64,000 nt of DNA from a virus (Duplodnaviria; Heunggongvirae; Uroviricota; Caudoviricetes), in the IMG/VR virus record IMGVR_UViG_3300036828_000615, positions 1 through 64,000 of that record; one strand, 5' to 3'. Below, piece after piece: positions 16,954 through 25,551 of this stretch (the first letter of the stretch is position 1; every line of letters begins with the position of its first letter). A program made the translations under genes and the position numbers. The notes beneath the pieces were generated by a model that did no database searches, was not told the DNA's origin, and saw only the letters and a list, made by a program, of their open reading frames with translations.

Positions 16954-18042
16954 ATGAATCGAGGTTACAGCAATGTCTGTAGCAAATGCAGCGAAACGCC
17001 GATGACGACCGGACGGCAGTACGCCCGATTGCGCATGGACATCTGGCGCGACGACGAGTGGCGTGCGCTGAGCGCCGACGCGCAGTGGCTCTACGAGCTA
17101 CTGATCTCACAGCCGACCATCAACTCGGCCGGGGTGCTTGCGCTACAGATCACCAAGTGGACGAGGTATGCCGCCGGTATGACCGGCGAGCGGATCGTGG
17201 CGGCACTGGGCTTGTTGATCGAGCGTAATTACATCGTTGTCGATGACGACACCGAGGAGGTTCTGGTTCGTAGCTTCATCCGCCATGACGTGGTGGCGTG
17301 CGGCGGATCGCCGAAGATCATGCTGTCCGCGCTGCGGACCGCGGGCCTGGTGCAATCCGAGGATCTACGGACCGTTTTGTTGGAGGAAATCCAGCGTCTT
17401 GGCCGCGATTGGTCAGAGAATCATAAGGTTTTGATAAAAGCCCTGCAAGATAGCCTTTCGATAGCCTTTCGAAAGCCTTTCGATAGCCATTCGATAGCCC
17501 CGGTTGAGGTTCAGGTTAGTAGTGAAGTTGGTTTCACCAACTTCACTTCTCCAGGCTTAGGTAAGTCGGGTACGTCACCTGCGCGCGCAGAGGAGGAATC
17601 GCGCCCGCGCGACCGGATGGGCCGACCGGCGATGTCGTTCACCGCGATGGCGGGCGGCGCCGAGGTGCGCCCCGAGCCGCCGCCACCGGACCGGCACATC
17701 CCACCGGAGGCCAACACGCTGATCCCGGCCTGTGTCACCTCGCGCAAGATCCGCGAGCGGCTACGGGTGGAGATCGGCGAACTGCTCAACGACGGCGCCG
17801 GTCGCGAGGACCTTGAGCAGGCGATGGACCGCTACGTCTCTCGCCTGGCCGGTGGCGAGGACGTGTACCCCGGCAGCGTCAAACACCTGCTGCAGCAGGT
17901 CGTCGCCCAGCGCACGATCACTGCGCAGCAGCTCCGCAATGGCCGTCCGCCCGGAAAGGGCGAACGTCGCCTGGCCAACATCCAGGCGCTGAAATCCGAC
18001 AACCCCGCGAGAAAGGAAATCACCAATGGCGATGGACCGTGA
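16954..18042 (+). CDS. putative replication initiator / replisome-organiser-like protein with internal iterons
   Basis: N-terminus ...RMDIWRDDEWRALSADAQWLYELLISQPTINSAGVLALQITKW. Contains five 11-bp direct repeats plus an AT-rich patch. The start may be 16954 or 17002. Confidence 0.5.
   Translation: MNRGYSNVCSKCSETPMTTGRQYARLRMDIWRDDEWRALSADAQWLYELLISQPTINSAGVLALQITKWTRYAAGMTGERIVAALGLLIERNYIVVDDDTEEVLVRSFIRHDVVACGGSPKIMLSALRTAGLVQSEDLRTVLLEEIQRLGRDWSENHKVLIKALQDSLSIAFRKPFDSHSIAPVEVQVSSEVGFTNFTSPGLGKSGTSPARAEEESRPRDRMGRPAMSFTAMAGGAEVRPEPPPPDRHIPPEANTLIPACVTSRKIRERLRVEIGELLNDGAGREDLEQAMDRYVSRLAGGEDVYPGSVKHLLQQVVAQRTITAQQLRNGRPPGKGERRLANIQALKSDNPARKEITNGDGP
17449..17501. repeat. iteron-like array: about 4.7 tandem copies of 11-bp GATAGCCTTTC
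   Basis: Copies read gatagcctttc gatagcctttc gaaagcctttc gatagccattc gatagcccc. The AT-rich stretch cataaggttttgataaaag lies just upstream. Confidence 0.7.
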
Positions 18043-19114
18043 CGACGTCATCGACCTGCTCACGATCATCTCGGCCAGCGACGGCCGCGAGTTCGACCAC
18101 ACGCACGTGGCGCTGTGGGGGCAGATGATCGGCCAGCTCGAGCGCGACGACGCGCTGGACGCGATCATGGCCCACTTCGCCGAGTACCCGGGCATCTGGC
18201 TCACTCCCGGCCATGTCACCCAGCGGGTCAAGGCGATGGTGAAAGACCGCCTCGACCGCATGGAACCCGATGAGCGGGCCGCCGTGGCGGGCCCGCCCGC
18301 GGTGCGCCGCGACCGTTACGGCTACGTCGACAAATCCGCGCCCGACCCCGAGCCCTACCCCGCGGACTGGACGCCGGCCCAGCGTGTGGCGGCCTACTGG
18401 AGCCAGCTGCGCAACAAGCACCCGCAGGCCAGCGCACCGGCGCAGAAGCTGCCCTGGTTCGACCCGTTCTGCCTGCCGCCCTGCCCGGACTGCGGGTCCA
18501 CCCGCTCGTGTCTGTGCCACGAGCAGGACCGCCCGTCGGTGCACCCCAACGACGAGGCGCCGCCCGCCTCCCCCGAGCACATCCTGCGCTGCCGGGCCTG
18601 GCTGGCCCAGCACCAGGCGGCCAAGGTCGGGGCGCCGATCCCGCCGGTGGAGACCGCGGGCATCTCGCCGCTGAGCGTCGCGTGCCCGCACTGCGCGGTT
18701 CCGGCGGGCCAGCGGTGCATCAACCCGCGGCCCCGCAACGCCACCGAGCCGCTGCGGGGCTGGCACCCGTCCCGGCTGGAAGCGGTCGGCATCGACGACG
18801 GGGCCCAGGCCGGGGCGCGTCAGGTGCTGGTGGACCGGGCACGGGCGGCTGGGCCGGCCCTCGGGCTGCCGACCCAGACCGCCGTCGCCGAGGCGCCCGC
18901 CGTGCCGCCCGCAGCCAACGCCGGGGCGCTGATCGAGCGCGGCAAGGCGATCGCCGAGGCCGGTGTGCACGAGCCCGCCGAGCCCACCCCGGTGGCGCCC
19001 GAGCCGATCCCCGGCGGGGGCTACCGCGACGAGCGCGGCCAGCTGCACTTCCCCGACACCGATGCCCTGGACGCCAGCTGGGCCGCGCGCTACGACAGCG
19101 TCTTCGGGAAGTGA
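18026..19114 (+). CDS. hypothetical protein with zinc-finger-like Cys clusters (362 aa)
   Basis: RBS aaaggaaatcaccaATG. Cys clusters CPDCGSTRSCLCHEQ and CPHCAVPAGQRC. Confidence 0.6.
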   Translation: MAMDRDDVIDLLTIISASDGREFDHTHVALWGQMIGQLERDDALDAIMAHFAEYPGIWLTPGHVTQRVKAMVKDRLDRMEPDERAAVAGPPAVRRDRYGYVDKSAPDPEPYPADWTPAQRVAAYWSQLRNKHPQASAPAQKLPWFDPFCLPPCPDCGSTRSCLCHEQDRPSVHPNDEAPPASPEHILRCRAWLAQHQAAKVGAPIPPVETAGISPLSVACPHCAVPAGQRCINPRPRNATEPLRGWHPSRLEAVGIDDGAQAGARQVLVDRARAAGPALGLPTQTAVAEAPAVPPAANAGALIERGKAIAEAGVHEPAEPTPVAPEPIPGGGYRDERGQLHFPDTDALDASWAARYDSVFGK

Positions 19115-19156
19115 CAACATGCGTTGTCGGCTGAGAGCCGTTCTGAGGGGCGCAAG

Positions 19157-19408
19157 ATGGCCCCGATGACCAACGACGGCGGCACGGCGGTGTTCGGGGC
19201 AACGGGGGCAAGCGGGGCACCCGCAGCGCGGCGTCAGGGCCGCACGGCAGGCGCCCGATTGCGCCTCGCCACCGAGGTTCACGACCGCGGGACGCCGCGC
19301 TGTCAGTGCGGCTGCTTTCACGAATGGGACGAGCACCGGCGCATATGGCGGTGTCCGCACTGTTCGGGAATTACACGCCAGCAAACTGCAGAAAAGGGAC
19401 CGCCATGA
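19157..19408 (+). CDS. small Cys-rich protein
   Basis: RBS gaggggcgcaagATG. Product contains CQCGCFHEWDEHRRIWRCPHCSG. Confidence 0.45.
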   Translation: MAPMTNDGGTAVFGATGASGAPAARRQGRTAGARLRLATEVHDRGTPRCQCGCFHEWDEHRRIWRCPHCSGITRQQTAEKGPP

Positions 19409-19620
19409 ACCTGCGAATGATGAGTTGCTGCATTTGTGGAGAATTCTCCGGACGGATGGAGATATGCCAGCAGTGTGCACTGATGCTGTGGCCGCACGAG
19501 ATCATCAACGGAGGCGCCAAGGAGCTGGCCGACAAGCTGATGGCGGTACCCCCGCCGCCACCGGCGTCACCGGGGCGCCCGCCGCTGACACGCCCCGCCG
19601 TGCACCTTGTTGATCGGTAA
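19405..19620 (+). CDS. small Cys-rich protein (71 aa)
   Basis: RBS aaaagggaccgccATG. Product contains CCICGEFSGRMEICQQC. Confidence 0.55.
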   Translation: MNLRMMSCCICGEFSGRMEICQQCALMLWPHEIINGGAKELADKLMAVPPPPPASPGRPPLTRPAVHLVDR

Positions 19621-19664
19621 CGGTAAACCTGCTGTAATGGCAATACTTTTCGCCCGGAGGTGTC

Positions 19665-19850
19665 ATGGAGCCCAGTGGGGTTCGGCTCGCAGCCGTCGAG
19701 CACTACGACAACGCCGCCGTCTCGCTGCGGGCGGCCCGTGATAACCCCGGCCCGCCCCAGGCGATTCAAACCTCCTATCTCGACGCGATCACCGAGTGCC
19801 TATTGGGGTTGCTGCGCGTGCAGATGCAGCGCCTCGAGGCGGGCGGATGA
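19665..19850 (+). CDS. hypothetical protein (61 aa)
   Basis: RBS ggaggtgtcATG. Confidence 0.6.
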   Translation: MEPSGVRLAAVEHYDNAAVSLRAARDNPGPPQAIQTSYLDAITECLLGLLRVQMQRLEAGG

Positions 19851-20026
19851 GCACCGTCACCGTCAACGGCGACGAGCCTGACATCGACGCGATCAAACTC
19901 GACAACGGTCGCTATGTCTGGGTGTGGACCTCTCCGAACGGGGCGTTTCACCAAGGGCCCAAACACTATCGGCGTCCCGGCGACGCGCTGAAGGCCGGCC
20001 GCGAGTGGCTGCGGCAGCGGGTCTGA
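19847..20026 (+). CDS. hypothetical protein (59 aa)
   Basis: ATGA overlap with the upstream stop. Confidence 0.5.
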   Translation: MSTVTVNGDEPDIDAIKLDNGRYVWVWTSPNGAFHQGPKHYRRPGDALKAGREWLRQRV

Positions 20027-20454
20027 TGCTATGCGCGGTGTGCCTGTGCGACGTCGCTACGACCGACGGTGTCGTCGACACGCACCGCGACCTCACCGGG
20101 CGGCCGTGCCCGATGTCGGGCCAGCCAGGGTTCGTCTGGGATGAGCGCGCCACCCGTGAGGCGGTACCGGGCCGCTCGGGCGGGCGCTGCGAGTACTGCC
20201 GTGGCGCGGGTACCGAGATGCACCACCGGATCGCGCGCAGCCAGGGTGGCCTGTGGGCGCCAAGCAATATCTTGCACCTGTGTCATGAGGATCATCACGA
20301 CTTCACTTTCGTGCGCCGCACGCTGGGCTACGAGCTGGGGGTCCTGTTGCGCCATCACCAGATTCCCGCCGACGTGCCGGTGCAGACCCCGACCGGATTG
20401 CTGTGGCTTTCCGACGACGACGTAGCCCCTCCGCTTCCGGGGTGGGCCCGGTAA
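20026..20454 (+). CDS. HNH nuclease (142 aa)
   Basis: Motif CEYCRGAGTEMHHRIARSQGG...NILHLCHEDHH. TGATG overlap. Confidence 0.7.
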   Translation: MLCAVCLCDVATTDGVVDTHRDLTGRPCPMSGQPGFVWDERATREAVPGRSGGRCEYCRGAGTEMHHRIARSQGGLWAPSNILHLCHEDHHDFTFVRRTLGYELGVLLRHHQIPADVPVQTPTGLLWLSDDDVAPPLPGWAR

Positions 20455-20482
20455 AAAAAGTAAAACCGCGAGAAGGGAAATC

Positions 20483-20737
20483 ATGGCTGACGACGAACTA
20501 CGCCTGGCGAGGTTCAAACTCAAACAGGCCAACAAGACGATCGGTAGGCAGGGTCAGACGATCCACGCCCTGCGCGCCGAGCTGGCCGAGACCCGCGAGC
20601 TGCACAGCAAGATCGAACGCGGCGAGATCCGCTCACTGGAACGCTCGGTGACCAACCTGGTCGCCCAGCTGGACCGGGTCTGCAAAGAAAACCAGAAGTT
20701 ACACGACGAGCGCCGCGAGCTGGAAGCCGAGGGATAA
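20483..20737 (+). CDS. coiled-coil protein (84 aa)
   Basis: RBS gagaagggaaatcATG. Heptad-like charged sequence. Confidence 0.65.
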   Translation: MADDELRLARFKLKQANKTIGRQGQTIHALRAELAETRELHSKIERGEIRSLERSVTNLVAQLDRVCKENQKLHDERRELEAEG

Positions 20738-20739
20738 GC

Positions 20740-21702
20740 ATGGTCGCACTGGTCTTTTCCATCCTCCTGTTCATCGGTGCCGCCGTCGGGGTCGGTGTTT
20801 TCATGATGAGCAGCGATCTCAAGTTCGCCGGCGCCATCGCGGCCGTGGTCGCCACACTGCTGGGCGTACTCATCCTGGTGTTCGCCTGCTACGACCGCGT
20901 CGACACCCGCAACGTCGGCATTATCACCGAGTTCGGCAAGCCGGTCGGCGTGCACGGCGCGGGCATCGTGTGGCACGCACCGTGGAAGTCGGTGGCCGAG
21001 CTCTCCGAGGCGATCCAGTTGCAGGCGTTCGAGTCCAACAGCTACGACGACGCCGCGGCGGGCAAGGGCTCCGACGATAACCCGGCCGCGATCAGCGTGC
21101 GGCTGGCCAACAACTCGAATGCCTACGTGGACGAGAACCTGAACTGGCGGCTGCGCGAGGGCGCGGCACCCAAGCTGTTCCAGGACTACGGCGGCAACAA
21201 CGTGTTCAACACGATCAAGCAGCAGTTGGTGGACCGCCAGGCTCAGGTCGCGCTGGCCAAGACGTTCGCCACCTTCAACCCGCAGATCATGCTGGCCGCC
21301 CAAGCCAGCGCACCGGGGGCGGCGCCGCAGGCGATGGCCCCCACCCAGGGCGCGGACCTGCCGACGCTGGCGAATCAGGTGAAGAAGGACCTGCAGGACG
21401 CCGTCGGCGGCGAGATCGAGATCCTGGATGTCCGCATCCCGCGCATCTTCTACGACCAGCCGACCCAGCAGCGCATCGACGCCTACAACCAGAAGGTGCA
21501 GGAGACGCTGAACGCGGCACAGGACGTGAAGACGGCCGAGCAGAACACCCAGGCGGCGCAGGCCCGCGCCGCCATGCCGCCGCCGGACCTACGCATCTCC
21601 ATTGCCAACTGCCTCAACGACATGGTCAAGCAGGGCCGCGACCCGGCCGGTTGCTGGGGCCAAATCGGAGGACAGCCGCTGATTCAGATGCCCAAGCCGT
21701 GA
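20740..21702 (+). CDS. SPFH/band-7 (stomatin/prohibitin-like) membrane protein
   Basis: N-terminal TM helix, then DTRNVGIITEFGKPVG...VAELSEAIQLQAFES. Confidence 0.7.
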   Translation: MVALVFSILLFIGAAVGVGVFMMSSDLKFAGAIAAVVATLLGVLILVFACYDRVDTRNVGIITEFGKPVGVHGAGIVWHAPWKSVAELSEAIQLQAFESNSYDDAAAGKGSDDNPAAISVRLANNSNAYVDENLNWRLREGAAPKLFQDYGGNNVFNTIKQQLVDRQAQVALAKTFATFNPQIMLAAQASAPGAAPQAMAPTQGADLPTLANQVKKDLQDAVGGEIEILDVRIPRIFYDQPTQQRIDAYNQKVQETLNAAQDVKTAEQNTQAAQARAAMPPPDLRISIANCLNDMVKQGRDPAGCWGQIGGQPLIQMPKP

Positions 21703-21709
21703 TGCGGCG

Positions 21710-22009
21710 ATGCCCGCAGTCCTGTTAATCAGCGCCCTGTTGGTGATCGCCGCCATGACGTTGCTGTCGTGGCGGTGGATGGAGATCAAGGGCCAGATCG
21801 AGATCGCCCGCGCCAAGGAGACCCGCCCGATCCACGGCCGGGTCGACGGGCTGGATGAGCGGGTGAGGGTAATCGAAAGCTGGGTGACTGGCGAGGATTA
21901 CCAGCGTGGCATGAGGCAACTGTCCAACAATGAGGCCATCGCGGACGCCGTGGCTTCGCTGCCACCAGAGCTGCGACAAAAATGGGAGGAGGGACAACGC
22001 CATGCCTAG
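21710..22009 (+). CDS. small membrane protein (99 aa, N-terminal TM)
   Basis: Hydrophobic N-terminus MPAVLLISALLVIAAMTLL. Confidence 0.55.
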   Translation: MPAVLLISALLVIAAMTLLSWRWMEIKGQIEIARAKETRPIHGRVDGLDERVRVIESWVTGEDYQRGMRQLSNNEAIADAVASLPPELRQKWEEGQRHA

Positions 22010-22199
22010 TTATCCCGACGTCTGGCCCGGCCGGTGCACCGTCAAAGGCTGCACCAGGATCGCCGGGGTGGCGATGAGCAAGAACTTCGGCGCAGAACGC
22101 TGGGCCCGGTGCAACGAGCACCTGGGCTGCGACGACGACGGCAACAAGACGACCGATGAGGCCGAACGGCGGCCTCATACCGACCAGGAGCAACGATGA
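22002..22199 (+). CDS. small Cys-rich protein (65 aa)
   Basis: Overlaps the upstream stop. Product contains CTVKGCTRIAG...CNEHLGC. Confidence 0.45.
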   Translation: MPSYPDVWPGRCTVKGCTRIAGVAMSKNFGAERWARCNEHLGCDDDGNKTTDEAERRPHTDQEQR

Positions 22200-22429
22200 G
22201 CGACGAACCCAGAACCTCCAAGGCGCCACAGACCCGCGCCGGCCGCGAGCTCGCCGAGCGCGCCAAGGCCCGCCAGATCTGGTGTGCCTACGCGGCCGAC
22301 GGCAGCGATTTCGTGCTGTTCGGCACCGAGCTCGCGGCGCTGCGCTATGCCGCCGAGCACCAGATGGCCTGTCGCGGCGTGGTCTACGGCCTGCCGCTGC
22401 GCGAGCAGATCCCGCCCCAGCATGGCTGA
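22196..22429 (+). CDS. hypothetical protein (77 aa)
   Basis: ATGA overlap with the upstream stop. Confidence 0.55.
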   Translation: MSDEPRTSKAPQTRAGRELAERAKARQIWCAYAADGSDFVLFGTELAALRYAAEHQMACRGVVYGLPLREQIPPQHG

Positions 22430-22880
22430 GCAGCGCGATTCACCGCTGAGCGTGCAGCGCGTCGAGGAGGTGTTCGCGGCGTGCCTGGCCCACGGCGCCG
22501 TCTCGCACCCCACCTGCACGGTGGTGGGCATCGTGTCCACGGCACACCTGTCGCTGAACCGCCTCGCCGAACACCGGCGCGACATCGCCGGGATGCTGGA
22601 GCAGCTGCCCAAGGCGTTCAAGGCGCGTGAGGCCGGTGGCGACGGTGGCTGGAGTTTCCTCAGCGCCTGCATGGACCGCGATGGGCGCCAGTGGACCGGC
22701 GAGCACCGCACGATGGAGAAACTGTTCCTGTTGGGCCTGGCCACCGAGCAGGCGAGCTGGTGTCTGCCGCGCGACATGTGGGAGGTGTTACCCGGTGCGA
22801 TGCCGTACATCAAGGTGACGCCGGATACCGAAGTGAATCCCAGAATTTGTCAACGTGACACGCCGTTGGGCGATAATTGA
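22422..22880 (+). CDS. hypothetical protein (152 aa)
   Basis: The start codon overlaps the upstream stop. Confidence 0.5.
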   Translation: MAEQRDSPLSVQRVEEVFAACLAHGAVSHPTCTVVGIVSTAHLSLNRLAEHRRDIAGMLEQLPKAFKAREAGGDGGWSFLSACMDRDGRQWTGEHRTMEKLFLLGLATEQASWCLPRDMWEVLPGAMPYIKVTPDTEVNPRICQRDTPLGDN

Positions 22881-22884
22881 AGGT

Positions 22885-23058
22885 ATGACCGATGTGTACA
22901 CCGATGTGGTGGGCTCTCTCGCACCGGCGTGGCCTGCGTCCTACAACCAGGTCATCACCCGTAGCTGCGGCCATTGCAAGGCGCAGCCGTTCGAGCTGTG
23001 CACCGGGCCCCGCGGCGAGACGCGGCGTATGCCCTGCGTGGTGCGCGCCGCGGCCTGA
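22885..23058 (+). CDS. small Cys-containing protein (57 aa)
   Basis: RBS gaaggtATG. Product contains CGHCKAQPFELC. Confidence 0.45.
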   Translation: MTDVYTDVVGSLAPAWPASYNQVITRSCGHCKAQPFELCTGPRGETRRMPCVVRAAA

Positions 23059-23060
23059 GT

Positions 23061-23086
23061 CAGGGTGTCCAAAAATGGACACCCTG
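23061..23086. promoter_or_regulatory. palindrome GGGTGTCCA-N4-TGGACACCC, copy 2 (11-bp arms)
   Basis: cagggtgtcca aaaa tggacaccctg, 3 nt after the stop at 23058. Confidence 0.6.
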
Positions 23087-23100
23087 CGCACACGGGTCAC

Positions 23101-23796
23101 ATGACCCAGGTCCTGCTGCATCCCGACAAGCTGCCCTCCTACGCCGGGGCGCAGGTGTTCATGGGCGACCCGTGGCGGTGGTGGGAGTTGCGCGCCGCCC
23201 CGATCGAGGCGGGGCTGCGCGAGGACACCGAGCGTATGGAGTACCGGGTCACGTTCGGTCCCGACGGCGACGAGGTGGTGCTCAGCGATCCACCGGCGCT
23301 GCAAATCCTCGAGGTCACCGTCGTCGAGGACATCTACGGCGGCGGGATGGTCGAGCGCACGCTGATGGAGGCCCGCTACGTCGTCGTCAGGGTGGTGTGG
23401 CACGAGTCGCCCGGGCGGCAGTGGTTCGAGATCCCCGGCGCGCGGGTCTGTCGGCCGGGCAACTATGAGTTCAAGAGCGAGGTGCGCGGGCGCGGCGTGC
23501 GCGGCGAGTACGGCGACGACATGACGTTGCGCCAGGTGCTCACCGAGCGCATGGCGGCGTTGCAGTGGCCGATCGTGGCGACACAGCGCCGGCGGCAGCG
23601 ATTCGAGCTCGAAGAATGGGGCCGCGGGGTGATCGCCGTCCTGGAGGATTACCGCGCCCTTCGGCCCGATCCCGAACCCGAACCCGAACCAGAACCGGCG
23701 CCGCAGGCCAAGGGCCGCACCGCGCACCTGGACCTGGACGGCACCGTCGGGGAGGTGAAACGCCCGACGATGCCGGCCCGCCAGATCGAGCTATGA
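23101..23796 (+). CDS. hypothetical protein (about 231 aa) with PEPEPEPEP tract
   Basis: ORF 23065..23796. The track's GTG start lies inside the palindrome, so ATG 23101 is preferred. (CCCGAA)n microsatellite at 23668-23700. Confidence 0.5.
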   Translation: MTQVLLHPDKLPSYAGAQVFMGDPWRWWELRAAPIEAGLREDTERMEYRVTFGPDGDEVVLSDPPALQILEVTVVEDIYGGGMVERTLMEARYVVVRVVWHESPGRQWFEIPGARVCRPGNYEFKSEVRGRGVRGEYGDDMTLRQVLTERMAALQWPIVATQRRRQRFELEEWGRGVIAVLEDYRALRPDPEPEPEPEPAPQAKGRTAHLDLDGTVGEVKRPTMPARQIEL

Positions 23797-24018
23797 CCGC
23801 TGTTCCTGGGCCTGTTTGTGTTCGGTGGTGGTCATCTCACTGCGTTCGGGATGTGCGCTGTCGAAGTCCATTAACTGGGCGTCCATGCCCATCAGCGCGT
23901 CATCGGCATCACGAAGCAGGGCGCGCAGCTTGTCGGCGAAGGACTTGAGCTGGCCCCGTGCGGTGTTGACCAGGGTGGCCTCGTTGCCGGCGAGTTGATC
24001 TTTTTGTGTGGTTGTCAT
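23791..24018 (-). CDS. hypothetical protein (75 aa)
   Basis: RBS gggcgggATG. Convergent with the upstream plus-strand gene. Confidence 0.55.
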   Translation of the reverse strand: MTTTQKDQLAGNEATLVNTARGQLKSFADKLRALLRDADDALMGMDAQLMDFDSAHPERSEMTTTEHKQAQEQRS

Positions 24019-24047
24019 CCCGCCCGGCTACCCGGCGCGCACCGATG

Positions 24048-24797
24048 TTATTCCGGTTGCAGCGCCTTGATCTGGGCGTCGATGCGCTCCCGTTGCCTGA
24101 TCAGGTCTTCGACCGTCGTGGCGGGCGCGGCGGCGGGCGCCACGTTGTTCGGCACTCCCGTCGCCAGCTCCCCTACGAACACCACATCGCGAGAGCCCCG
24201 CTCGATGGCGGGAACGACGCGGTAGGTCCAGCTCTGCGACGAGTCGGACAGGGTGATCAGCAGGACACCGCTCGAGTCGAGCGCACTGCGGGCCGACAGT
24301 GGGCCGGAGCCGCCCGCGCCCGGTGTGGTGGTGCTGACCGCGATGGTGCCACCGCCGGACACGATGTTTCCCGCCAGCGCGTCGACATCCTGCTCACCCA
24401 GAGCGCCCTGAAACGCGACGTTCCAGGTCCAGCCCGAACCGGTCACGACCACGTTTCCGACGCCGATGGATTCCAGCGCCTCCAGTGCGGCCTGGACGGC
24501 GTCGGCGCTGGGGTTCTTGACGAATGCCGGCGTGGTGTCGGCGCCGAAGGACAGCGTCCAGTTGGTGCTGTTGCCCCCGCCGCTGATGGCGACCTGCTGC
24601 ACCTCGTCGACACCCGGCGTGCTGGCACCCAGTGTGATGAGATCCTCGAGCTGTGCTCGTGCCACCACGATGAAGTTGCTCATCTCGGTCAGCGCCGTGC
24701 CATCGCTGCTCGGGGTCGGTACGGTGGCCACCGCGCCACCCCAGACCAGTGTCCCGTCGTCCTGCGGCATCAGCACCCGCGTTCCCGATGTGCTCAT
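24048..24797 (-). CDS. hypothetical protein (249 aa) with the roughly 70-aa domain shared with gp2692
   Basis: ATG 24797 (MSTSGTRVLMPQDDG...). The 200 aa of the track ORF upstream of this start are Arg-rich frame junk. Confidence 0.5.
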   Translation of the reverse strand: MSTSGTRVLMPQDDGTLVWGGAVATVPTPSSDGTALTEMSNFIVVARAQLEDLITLGASTPGVDEVQQVAISGGGNSTNWTLSFGADTTPAFVKNPSADAVQAALEALESIGVGNVVVTGSGWTWNVAFQGALGEQDVDALAGNIVSGGGTIAVSTTTPGAGGSGPLSARSALDSSGVLLITLSDSSQSWTYRVVPAIERGSRDVVFVGELATGVPNNVAPAAAPATTVEDLIRQRERIDAQIKALQPE

Positions 24798-24847
24798 GGT
24801 GTCATCGTTGCATCGCCGGGATGCCTGATGGTGCTGACGCGCCGCAG

Positions 24848-25336
24848 CTACGGCGCGGGCGGTGGCGGCGCCGGCGGGGGCGCGGGTGCCAGACCCTGCG
24901 GGGGCCATTGGTCGGCCGGCGTCGGGCCGGCGATCGCCCACGGCACACCCCAGCCATCGGGCACGATGTCGGGGTCCGGTAGCCGGGGATGGTCGGGTTG
25001 GCCGGGGAAGACCCGCCAGCACTGCCAGCCGGCGGCCACCGGCGCGAACCCGCCCCACTCGCAATGGATGTGCATATTCCCCCAAACGCCGGGCCGGATC
25101 TCGGCAGGCTCGAAGCCGTAGTCGCAGTAACCGCCGCCGATGCCGAGGATGTTGGAGCCGCCGCCCACGCCGGGGCACAGCACCAATACCGTGCCGCCGC
25201 CAGGACCGCCCGGAAGCCCCGGCCCCTGTCCGACAATGCCGGGGGCGCCCGGGCCGTCGTCGGCGTCGGCCTCGGGAGAGGTCCACATCAGGCAGAACAC
25301 CGACAGGCCCACTACGGAGAGGATGAGCCGGCGCAT
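24848..25336 (-). CDS. secreted Gly/Pro-rich protein (162 aa) with signal peptide
   Basis: N-terminus MRRLILSVVGLSVFCLMWTSPEADA, followed by a G/P-rich sequence ending APAPPPAPPPPAP. Confidence 0.55.
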   Translation of the reverse strand: MRRLILSVVGLSVFCLMWTSPEADADDGPGAPGIVGQGPGLPGGPGGGTVLVLCPGVGGGSNILGIGGGYCDYGFEPAEIRPGVWGNMHIHCEWGGFAPVAAGWQCWRVFPGQPDHPRLPDPDIVPDGWGVPWAIAGPTPADQWPPQGLAPAPPPAPPPPAP

Positions 25337-25339
25337 TGG

Positions 25340-25543
25340 TCAGCCGCCTCGGGGGTAGGGCTCGGCGACAGGGAACCCGCCCGCCGCGGAGCATGATTCA
25401 CGAACAGCGCCCGGCCCCTGGATATGAAACCACCCAACCCCGGCATAGTCGTCGTCGCCGTGGATGTCCGCGTCGAGGATCATCTGGACGATGGGGCAGT
25501 CGCAGTTCCGGCAGAAGCCGCGGCCGCTGACTGTGTACCCCAC
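25340..25543 (-). CDS. possible small Cys-containing protein (67 aa)
   Basis: RBS aggggcggcGTG. Product contains CRNCDC. Low confidence. Confidence 0.3.
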   Translation of the reverse strand: MGYTVSGRGFCRNCDCPIVQMILDADIHGDDDYAGVGWFHIQGPGAVRESCSAAGGFPVAEPYPRGG

Positions 25544-25551
25544 GCCGCCCC

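Noticed and set aside
23668-23700. (CCCGAA)n microsatellite as a regulatory element
   Set aside because: It lies within a coding sequence and encodes a PEPEPEPEP linker. A similar codon-level repeat encodes PEPAEPEPAE at 16395-16440. It is treated as a low-complexity coding region.
24048-25394. Single 448-aa ORF as given in the track
   Set aside because: Its first 200 aa are Arg-rich junk. The region is better explained by two separate genes: a 162-aa signal-peptide protein (24848..25336, different frame) and a 249-aa protein starting at ATG 24797.
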